44,863 nucleotides of DNA from positions 1-44,863 of the IMG/VR virus record IMGVR_UViG_3300032237_000438. The stretch is one strand, 5' to 3'. Shown here piece by piece: positions 34,491-41,216 of this stretch. Position numbers and translations under genes: made by a program. The DNA is from a virus. Lineage: Duplodnaviria > Caudoviricetes. The notes under the pieces are model-generated. The model worked only from the letters and a program-made list of their open reading frames with translations. It searched no databases and had not been told where the DNA came from. Within the stretch, counting starts at the first letter, position 1; every line of letters starts with the position of its first letter.

Positions 34491-34694
34491 ATGGCTAACA
34501 ACGCTTCTACTTTCTCTACTGAGCGCCCCAATGGTGCTAACTACAAGCTTACTGCCGCTGCAGTAACTTCTCTCAATGCAGTCACTACGGCCACCACGGT
34601 GCGTCAGGTTCTCCAAATCCTGAGCACGGTGACTGCTGATAAGCACGCAGTCTCGGCCAGCTCTATTGGCAACGCCACCTCAGTCAAGAACTGA
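34491..34694 (+). CDS. Hypothetical A/T-rich protein (possible virion accessory)
   Basis: Clean ORF followed by a terminator. Confidence 0.65.
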   Translation: MANNASTFSTERPNGANYKLTAAAVTSLNAVTTATTVRQVLQILSTVTADKHAVSASSIGNATSVKN

Positions 34695-34714
34695 TTCATT
34701 TTTCTAACCACTAA

Positions 34715-34750
34715 CCCCCCTTTGGATTTGCTCCTTAGGGGGGCTTTTTT
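34715..34750 (+). terminator. Intrinsic terminator
   Basis: CCCCCCT...AGGGGGG stem followed by C and T6. Confidence 0.8.
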
Positions 34751-34761
34751 ATTGACCACTT

Positions 34762-36504
34762 ATGGCTAGCCTTAATTTACAAGAGCTAGATAAAAAGATA
34801 CGGGAAGACTTTCGCGTCTTTTTAACTCTAGTATGGAGAGAGCTAGAACTCCCTAAACCAACTCGGGCTCAGCTAGCTATTGCAGAGTACCTCCAACACG
34901 GACCCAAGCGTCTTCAAATCTCCGCTTTTCGTGGTGTTGGTAAATCCTGGATTACGGCAGCCTTTGTTCTCTGGACACTCTACAACGATCCAGATAAAAA
35001 GATCATGGTGATCTCGGCTTCAAAGGAACGAGCCGACAACTTCTCGATCTTCTGTCAGAAGCTCATCCTTGACATCAGCTGGTTAGGACATCTTGGCCCC
35101 AAGAACGACGACCAACGCTGGTCACGGATCTCCTTTGACGTTGGGCCCGCTAAACCCCACCAAGCCCCCTCTGTGAAGTCCGTGGGTGTCACAGGTCAAA
35201 TGACCGGCTCCCGCGCCCACCTGATGATCTTCGATGACGTGGAGGTGCCTGGTAACTCTGCTACAGATATGCAGCGAGAGAAGCTCCTCCAACTTGTCAC
35301 AGAAGCAGAATCAATCCTTACTCCTGACGATACGTCCCGCATCCTTTTCTTAGGCACCCCACAGTCAACCTGGACCATCTACAGAAAGCTCGCTGAGAGG
35401 TCCTACAAGCCCTTTGTTTGGCCTGCTAGGTATCCCAGGGACATCGGCAAGTACGAAGGCCTCCTAGCGCCCCAGCTGGTGGCTGATCTTGATCAAGGAG
35501 CTGAAGCCTGGTCCCCTACCGATAGCCGCTTCTCCGATTTTGATCTCATCGAACGTGAAGCAGCGATGGGCCGCTCCAACTTCATGCTTCAGTTCATGCT
35601 GGATACCAGCCTCTCTGACGCTGAGAAGTTCCCCCTTAAGTTTGCCGATCTCATCGTTACACCCATCGGAGAGGAGTGTGCTGAAAGATATGCTTGGTCC
35701 AGCGATCCTCGCTATTGCCTTAAGGAACTCGCTGCTGTGGGTCTACCTGGAGATCGCTTCTATGGACCCATGTTCATTGACGAAGGCATCGTACCTTTCG
35801 ATGAAACGATTGTATCGGTTGACCCGTCAGGACGTGGTAGTGATGAAACAGTGGCCGTTGTCCTTAGTCAAGCTAATGGCTATGTCTTCGTCCGCGATCT
35901 CCGTGCCTTTAAAGACGGCTATTCCGACGACACCCTCTCCAGCATCGTTGGCATGGCAAAACGCTATAAGGCGTCAAAGCTCCTGATCGAATCCAACTTT
36001 GGTGATGGCATGATCTGCGAACTCTTCAAGCGCCACTGCATTCAGATGCAAGCTGCCGTGGACATTGAAGAAGTGCGAGCCACAGTCCGCAAAGAAGAAC
36101 GAATCATTGATACATTAGAGCCAGTAATGAATCAACATAAACTCATTATTGACCCTAAAGTATTTGAGTACGACTACAAGTCCAACCCCGACGCTCCCCC
36201 CGAAAAGCGCCTCGAATACATGCTCGGTTACCAGATGTCGCGCATGTGCCGTGAGCGCGGAGCCATCAAACACGATGACCGTATCGACGCCCTCAGCCAA
36301 GGCGTTCAATGGTTCATTGATGCCCTCGCCCAGAGCGCCCACAAGGCCCAAGCCATGCGGAAACACGAAGAGTGGAACGCCATGATGGATGCCTTTGAAA
36401 ACACCCCCCACCTAGCCACTGATGCCCTAGTCCTTGGGCTCTCCTTCCGGGGCATCAAACCCTCCTCAAAGCCTGTCTACGACTGGACTCCCAGCCGTAA
36501 CTAA
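34762..36504 (+). CDS. terL: Terminase large subunit (gp19)
   Basis: AFRGVGKS, TGSRA..IFDDVE, LGTPQ, VDPSGRG.DE, ESNFGDG, HDDRIDA. Confidence 0.97.
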   Translation: MASLNLQELDKKIREDFRVFLTLVWRELELPKPTRAQLAIAEYLQHGPKRLQISAFRGVGKSWITAAFVLWTLYNDPDKKIMVISASKERADNFSIFCQKLILDISWLGHLGPKNDDQRWSRISFDVGPAKPHQAPSVKSVGVTGQMTGSRAHLMIFDDVEVPGNSATDMQREKLLQLVTEAESILTPDDTSRILFLGTPQSTWTIYRKLAERSYKPFVWPARYPRDIGKYEGLLAPQLVADLDQGAEAWSPTDSRFSDFDLIEREAAMGRSNFMLQFMLDTSLSDAEKFPLKFADLIVTPIGEECAERYAWSSDPRYCLKELAAVGLPGDRFYGPMFIDEGIVPFDETIVSVDPSGRGSDETVAVVLSQANGYVFVRDLRAFKDGYSDDTLSSIVGMAKRYKASKLLIESNFGDGMICELFKRHCIQMQAAVDIEEVRATVRKEERIIDTLEPVMNQHKLIIDPKVFEYDYKSNPDAPPEKRLEYMLGYQMSRMCRERGAIKHDDRIDALSQGVQWFIDALAQSAHKAQAMRKHEEWNAMMDAFENTPHLATDALVLGLSFRGIKPSSKPVYDWTPSRN

Positions 36505-36505
36505 G

Positions 36506-36529
36506 TTTGGTGTGCTACGTCTACAGGGG
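36506..36529 (+). promoter_or_regulatory. Putative phage RNAP promoter, right-end (phiOR-like) copy
   Basis: TTTGGTGTGCTACGTCTACAGGGG identical to 42024-42047; ends in a G run (+1 probably 36526). Confidence 0.78.
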
Positions 36530-36865
36530 AAGTGGTGCTCCCCTGTGTGGATATGCGGTAATTGTTAGACCCCCGAGTAACAGGGGGTCTTCCCTTAACA
36601 CCCCCCTTATCAACACAACCAAGGTTTAGATCCCACCCTTAAGGGAACACAAACAATTTACCGAGCAGTGAGTTAGCAACACTGCCTTTAACGGGTGTCA
36701 GGCGGCCCTTTAAGGAACACAAATAGTGTACAGGCCGCAGGCCGTCTTCTAATACTAGTTATAACCTATTGATTAGTTGAGGATCAACACTATCAATCGC
36801 TTTTATATTAGGTTGAAGTATATCATCAATGATATTCATCAACTTCTTCTATCTACCTATTACAT

Positions 36866-36904
36866 GGCTATAGCCGGTTATAACCGGTTATAACAGTTAT
36901 AACC
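36866..36904. repeat. Tandem 10-bp palindromes
   Basis: GGCTATAGCC-GGTTATAACC-GGTTATAACA-GTTATAACC; another GTTATAAC at 36758-36765. Confidence 0.88.
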
Positions 36905-36909
36905 GACGT

Positions 36910-37620
36910 ATGCCACTACCTTCCACCGTATCGTTAGTATCAGTTACTCCCAACGCAGAAAAGCTTATTGCTTACTGTGCTCGGGTCTCTAATCCCGACA
37001 ACCAGGATAATCCTGATAGTGAGAAACTGATCCGATACCTCATTACCCATCAACACTGGTCCCCCTTTGAGCTGGCCCATGTGGTGATGGAAATCAACAC
37101 CACCCGCTCCATTGCTGCCCAGATCCTTAGGCATCGTAGCTTCTCCTTCCAGGAATTCAGTCAACGCTATGCCGATGTGTCTTTGATGTCTTTTGCCACG
37201 GCTCCAGCCTTTCGCCGTCAGGACCGTCAGAACCGGCAGAACAGCATCGATGATCTCGATGAGGAGTTGATTACGGACTACCAAACCAAAACCCAGGTCC
37301 TCTTTGACCAGAGCCGTTTGCTCTATGAGGAACTGTTGAGTGCTGGTGTGGCTAAGGAGTGTGCCCGTGAGGTCCTTCCCTTAGCGACTCCAACCCGCCT
37401 CTACATGGCTGGCAGTGTCCGCTCCTGGATCCATTACATCGATCTCAGGTCAGGTAATGGAACCCAGCTGGAGCATCGACAGATTGCTCTTCAAGCCAAA
37501 CAGATCCTGTCTGAGGTCCTTCCCCAGGTGTCCCAAGCCCTGTGGGGCCGTTTAGAGCCTGATCCCCACCAGCTGTATATCCACCCTAGTAACATTACCC
37601 ATGACGGATCAAACCTATGA
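36910..37620 (+). CDS. thyX: FAD-dependent thymidylate synthase
   Basis: HWSPFE, ILRHRSFSFQEFSQRY, ECAREVLP, Q.EH. Confidence 0.96.
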   Translation: MPLPSTVSLVSVTPNAEKLIAYCARVSNPDNQDNPDSEKLIRYLITHQHWSPFELAHVVMEINTTRSIAAQILRHRSFSFQEFSQRYADVSLMSFATAPAFRRQDRQNRQNSIDDLDEELITDYQTKTQVLFDQSRLLYEELLSAGVAKECAREVLPLATPTRLYMAGSVRSWIHYIDLRSGNGTQLEHRQIALQAKQILSEVLPQVSQALWGRLEPDPHQLYIHPSNITHDGSNL

Positions 37621-37765
37621 AGGCCGTAGGGGCCGCCTAGAAGCGGCTGTAAGGGCTGCAGAAGCGGCTGGCAATAGATTCATGGCCCAGAACATTAGGA
37701 AGGCCTTACAGGAGCTTAGAGATGAGTATTGTCAGCATCCTCCCTATAACGATCGCTCGCTCTAA
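37601..37765 (+). CDS. Small hypothetical protein (54 aa)
   Basis: Manual translation MTDQTYEGRRGRLEAAVRAAEAAGNRFMAQNIRKAL... Confidence 0.55.
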   Translation: MTDQTYEGRRGRLEAAVRAAEAAGNRFMAQNIRKALQELRDEYCQHPPYNDRSL

Positions 37766-38070
37766 GTAGAGCCTGGGAGTATTTTGCCAAAAATCTCTGA
37801 AGCCAGTACGTGGGAGCGAAGCGGCGGCTGGCCCCCCGGTACCCCCCTCCCCCTCAAAATCGAGAGGGGTGGGGGCCCCTGCCTGCTCTAAACCCCTGCA
37901 GCAGCTAGGGTTTTCATTAGATACTGGATCTAGTGAGGCCCCTCATTCTCAATAGCAGATGCAATCGAGAGGGATTGGGGCCGCCCGCAGGGGCTTGGTC
38001 CTGAATATCTTGGCGCATCTGTTGCAATAAGCCAAGACTATGAATGATGCACAAACGATAAGTTAAAGTT
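37766..38070. other. Non-coding region, probable physical genome end / direct terminal repeat
   Basis: Lies between the last late gene and first early gene in T7-like order; C-run/G-run inverted repeats. Confidence 0.55.
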
Positions 38071-38301
38071 ATGACCAAGAAGCGCAAGCCCAGGGGCACC
38101 CCTGACCTGTTGCAACGCTCCGTCGCTGAGATGTATCAGCGCATGAGTTTGATTGCCGACCAGATCCCTGAAGGTGCTGACCTCGCCCAAGACCACGAAG
38201 CTCAAGACCACGCACTCAACCTTTGGGCAATCGAGGAGGAATGGATTCTCGATCCAGATCTACGGGAAGAGTTGTCGCTGTTGCAATGCACTGATGAATA
38301 G
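38071..38301 (+). CDS. Early hypothetical protein
   Basis: ORF track; first + strand ORF after the non-coding gap. Confidence 0.6.
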   Translation: MTKKRKPRGTPDLLQRSVAEMYQRMSLIADQIPEGADLAQDHEAQDHALNLWAIEEEWILDPDLREELSLLQCTDE

Positions 38302-38422
38302 AAAACAGATCACCTCATCTCCACTGTTGTTGTTCCCGATCGCCATGCTCTCGCTGCTCGGTGCAGTGACAGCGGTCGAGTCCGGCAACAGCCACCGACC
38401 CATCACCACTCACGCCCATTAG
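38294..38422 (+). CDS. 42-aa peptide with signal-peptide-like N-terminus
   Basis: MNRKQITSSPLLLFPIAMLSLLGAVTA-VESGNSHRPITTHAH; tiles the gap between neighbours. Confidence 0.5.
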   Translation: MNRKQITSSPLLLFPIAMLSLLGAVTAVESGNSHRPITTHAH

Positions 38423-38424
38423 TT

Positions 38425-38688
38425 ATGGATGACCAACTAAAGATCACCTCTGTTCCACTTGAAGAGATCACTGCCGAGGTGCTCTCGTTGACCTGTGAGG
38501 AAGGAGAGGACGGCTCGCTGGTGTTGGAGTGGGACGAGGCCGATCCGATTGCGATCCGCCTGGGGATCAACGACTGGAGCGAGGAGCGTTGGAACGAGCT
38601 GCTGCAGGATGCCTGCAAGCGGGCTGGTGTGACTTGTGACGAAGTGTCACAGCTCATTGCCACTCAGCCAACTGAATCTGCAGACTGA
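38425..38688 (+). CDS. Early acidic hypothetical protein
   Basis: EDGSLVLEWDEADP motif. Confidence 0.6.
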   Translation: MDDQLKITSVPLEEITAEVLSLTCEEGEDGSLVLEWDEADPIAIRLGINDWSEERWNELLQDACKRAGVTCDEVSQLIATQPTESAD

Positions 38689-38709
38689 CCTCAGTTCAGC
38701 CAACCAGTC

Positions 38710-38940
38710 ATGACCAAGTTCTTCAGCACCGGCCAGTCGTACCTCTCAAGGTTCATCGGTGACTACGACTCCACCATCGTGTGGACCGTGGAAAAGCGGA
38801 CCGCCAAGACAGTGACCATCAGCGCCCCTGGCTATGGATCACGGAATCTCCGGGTCAAGGTGTGGAACGAAGCCGAGCAGGTCAAGCCTCTCGGCAACCA
38901 CTCCTCCGCCCTAACCCTGAGCGCAGACAAAATTGTCTGA
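38710..38940 (+). CDS. Early hypothetical protein
   Basis: V.KRTAKTVTI...PLG..S.A..L.A pattern. Confidence 0.72.
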   Translation: MTKFFSTGQSYLSRFIGDYDSTIVWTVEKRTAKTVTISAPGYGSRNLRVKVWNEAEQVKPLGNHSSALTLSADKIV

Positions 38941-38981
38941 TAGTATTTCCACTACGCCAACCAAGCCTCGTGATTTTCGCC

Positions 38982-39155
38982 ATGACCACCCTCCATCGAT
39001 CACCATCCGAGTCCTTCACCGAGACGGTGACCTGGCTCTGCGACCTGTTACAGGTTGACCGGCGTCAGGCAACATTTCTTGCTTGGGACGTATGCACACG
39101 CATCGGCACTGATCGTCACCTTTGGATCGACACCGCCCGGATACCAGCCAACTAG
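38982..39155 (+). CDS. Early hypothetical protein (57 aa)
   Basis: ATG after the CCACT box leader. Confidence 0.6.
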   Translation: MTTLHRSPSESFTETVTWLCDLLQVDRRQATFLAWDVCTRIGTDRHLWIDTARIPAN

Positions 39156-39157
39156 TC

Positions 39158-39343
39158 ATGACCACACCAACACCAGTCACGTACCACACCCACGCCCAGA
39201 TCCTGCTGAAGCAGAAGGGCTTGGACTACAGCCGCTTCGTCCTGTTCTGCATTGAGCACGGCATTCCATTGAAGGCTGAGGACCACGGCAAGGAGTGGAT
39301 TCGTACTGAGGCCATTGATCGGTTCCTAGCTGCTAACTCCTGA
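39158..39343 (+). CDS. Early hypothetical protein (61 aa)
   Basis: ATG 2 nt after the previous stop. Confidence 0.6.
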   Translation: MTTPTPVTYHTHAQILLKQKGLDYSRFVLFCIEHGIPLKAEDHGKEWIRTEAIDRFLAANS

Positions 39344-39363
39344 TCCATTCACCACCCACATCC

Positions 39364-39609
39364 ATGATTACCTCCGATCTCGATAGCTTCACGGTTCCCT
39401 CCGACTTCCAGCCAGAGCTGACATGCTTCCCTGGGTATATCCGGGAGATGCAGCACGACATTGGGGAAGCCCTTGATTGGGAGCTGTATGCCAAGTCGCT
39501 GATCAGCTTCCTGGACACCGACACCTTGCGGAGCTTCACCGAACAGCTGAGGGATGAGGCGGATATCGAGGATCTTTTGATCTTCGATCCACCGATCCCC
39601 TCGCTTTGA
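39364..39609 (+). CDS. Early acidic hypothetical protein
   Basis: ORF track; D/E-rich. Confidence 0.62.
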   Translation: MITSDLDSFTVPSDFQPELTCFPGYIREMQHDIGEALDWELYAKSLISFLDTDTLRSFTEQLRDEADIEDLLIFDPPIPSL

Positions 39610-39642
39610 TCTATCAATTCCACTCAACCAACTACTCATGCC

Positions 39643-39774
39643 ATGAAACGCTTCCTGCTTGCCCTAGCCCTTGTTGCCCTCGGTTCTTGGGGTGATGGGC
39701 CTGTTGATGCCCAAGCCCAGCAGAACTGCAACACCACCTGTTACAACGGCAACTGCGCGACCCAGTGTTATTAA
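39643..39774 (+). CDS. 43-aa secreted Cys-rich peptide precursor
   Basis: MKRFLLALALVALGSWGDGPVDAQA-QQNCNTTCYNGNCATQCY; CCACT box upstream, terminator downstream. Confidence 0.8.
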   Translation: MKRFLLALALVALGSWGDGPVDAQAQQNCNTTCYNGNCATQCY

Positions 39775-39802
39775 CTGGGCCCAAGGCCTCGTGAATTAAG
39801 GG

Positions 39803-39829
39803 ACCCCTCGCTACGGCGGGGGGTTTTTT
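39803..39829 (+). terminator. Intrinsic terminator
   Basis: ACCCCTCGC-TACG-GCGGGGGGT followed by a T-tract. Confidence 0.88.
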
Positions 39830-39840
39830 CATGGGTTGGA

Positions 39841-40014
39841 TCAGCTGCCCACCTCCAGCAGATAGGAGAGAAGGTTGGACAGGCTGCGGCCCTCATAGTC
39901 AGCCCGGTCCTGGAGCTTCTGGCGCAGGGCCCAGTTGACAGTGATTGTGATGCGGACAGGTTTACGCAGGCAGGGGGCTAGCGCCTCAGCCTGGGCTGGG
40001 TACAACGGAGTCAT
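39841..40014 (-). CDS. Ribbon-helix-helix (Arc/CopG-like) regulator, 57 aa
   Basis: RITITV strand, LQDRADYEGRSLSNLLSYLLE helices; only credible minus-strand gene. Confidence 0.85.
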   Translation of the reverse strand: MTPLYPAQAEALAPCLRKPVRITITVNWALRQKLQDRADYEGRSLSNLLSYLLEVGS

Positions 40015-40170
40015 CAGCTCAACGCAAGTGAGTTGGTCACGGGTCAGGCAGTTGACGCTGCGCTGGCCCACCCCATTTAAGGCGAAGCAGCGGCACAGCT
40101 CCGCAGGGATATGCACATTTGCTGCGTCTATGCAGCAGAGGTGTGCGGATCTGCTGCTGTCCACTCGTCA

Positions 40171-40199
40171 TTGCCACTACGACAAATCAGCGGCATATT
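40171..40199 (+). promoter_or_regulatory. Putative host sigma70 promoter
   Basis: TTGCCA-17 bp-CATATT; -35 overlaps a variant CCACT box. Confidence 0.5.
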
Positions 40200-40385
40200 T
40201 GCTCCATCGAGATCGGGCAGACAACCGATCCGAATCACCGCCTGAAGCGAGAGGCCAGCAGGATTCCATCCGACGCGTGTGTGATGCCACCAACAGCCAG
40301 CCACTAGACCGTGGGCTGTGGATCGAATCCAGCTGTTGGTCTGGCCCTTGATTGGGCCGAACCAATTCCACTACGCCAAGCACCA

Positions 40386-40577
40386 GTGGCTACCACTACT
40401 TTCGTCCTGGCTTGGGCTGCTGTTCTGCTGCTCTTGCCTGTTCTTGTTTTGCTTTGGGCCACCGAGTCGCGCCATACCCGCATCCAGCGGTGGCGTCGCT
40501 ACGGACAGACCTGGACCGCAATCGCTAAGCGCCTGGGCTGCGCCCGTTCGACGGCACGGCGCTGGGCTGTGGCCTGA
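40386..40577 (+). CDS. Membrane-anchored HTH protein (63 aa)
   Basis: GTG after a CCACT box; TM FVLAWAAVLLLLPVLVLLWA then TWTAIAKRLGCARSTARRW. Confidence 0.75.
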   Translation: MATTTFVLAWAAVLLLLPVLVLLWATESRHTRIQRWRRYGQTWTAIAKRLGCARSTARRWAVA

Positions 40578-40611
40578 CGAGTCATTACCACTACACCAAT
40601 CGGAGAACCCC

Positions 40612-40761
40612 ATGACCTGTTACCGCATCACCTTCAAGGACACCAACGGCCAAGAGACCACGCTGCCAGTGATCAGCAGTTCAGCTGTGCAAGCCGTGGT
40701 TGACCTCGGAACCCTGGGCTACCAGATCCGCCGGGTGACCCACTGCTTTCCGTCCATCTGA
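40612..40761 (+). CDS. Early hypothetical protein (49 aa)
   Basis: MTCYRITFKDTNG...; bracketed by CCACT boxes. Confidence 0.62.
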   Translation: MTCYRITFKDTNGQETTLPVISSSAVQAVVDLGTLGYQIRRVTHCFPSI

Positions 40762-40794
40762 CTTCCACTCAACCAATCCAAGTGCTGATTCGTT

Positions 40795-40944
40795 ATGGCT
40801 TTCCTCACTGAATACAGCGCTGCCGTTACAGCTGCCCGCCTCCGGGATGGGCAGCCCGTCAGCACAGCAGCCCTGGCTCAACTAGCTCAGTTCGAGCGTT
40901 ATGCGAAGTCTGCATTAGATCGCAGCAAGCTGCTGCATCGATAA
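40795..40944 (+). CDS. Early hypothetical protein (49 aa)
   Basis: Manual translation MAFLTEYSAAVTAARLRDG...; follows a CCACT box. Confidence 0.5.
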   Translation: MAFLTEYSAAVTAARLRDGQPVSTAALAQLAQFERYAKSALDRSKLLHR

Positions 40945-40975
40945 GGCACTCCGCATCTTTTGCTGTACCGTTATT

Positions 40976-40991
40976 TAGTACACACGCACTA
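40976..40991. promoter_or_regulatory. Putative cyanobacterial LexA (SOS) box
   Basis: TAGTACA-CA-CGCACTA versus the palindrome TAGTACA-N2-TGTACTA (12/14). Confidence 0.5.
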
Positions 40992-41173
40992 TGACCATCG
41001 CACCCTATTCAGTTCGCTACAAGGACCAGGCCGACCGGCTGCGTGAGTTTTGCTGTTATGCCGATGACGCATACGAGGCACGGCTTCAGGCCGTTGAGCT
41101 GGTCCAGACAATTCAGGACGACCCCGAGTCCATCGTTTCTATCTGCCGCGAGTCAAAGGATTTTGATTGGTAG
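40991..41173 (+). CDS. Hypothetical protein (60 aa)
   Basis: ORF track; directly upstream of RNAP. Confidence 0.68.
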   Translation: MTIAPYSVRYKDQADRLREFCCYADDAYEARLQAVELVQTIQDDPESIVSICRESKDFDW

Positions 41174-41216
41174 CACTCAGTACCACTTGACCAATCAACC
41201 CTCGTGATTTCGGCCT

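Noticed and set aside
38635-38651. Canonical CRP site
   Set aside because: Spacer is 7 nt rather than 6; kept only as an unexplained palindrome
40015-40164. N-terminal extension of the RHH ORF to 107 aa
   Set aside because: Cys-rich, non-protein-like; ATG at 40014 gives a typical RHH size
40964-40982. NtcA site
   Set aside because: Does not fit GTA-N8-TAC spacing
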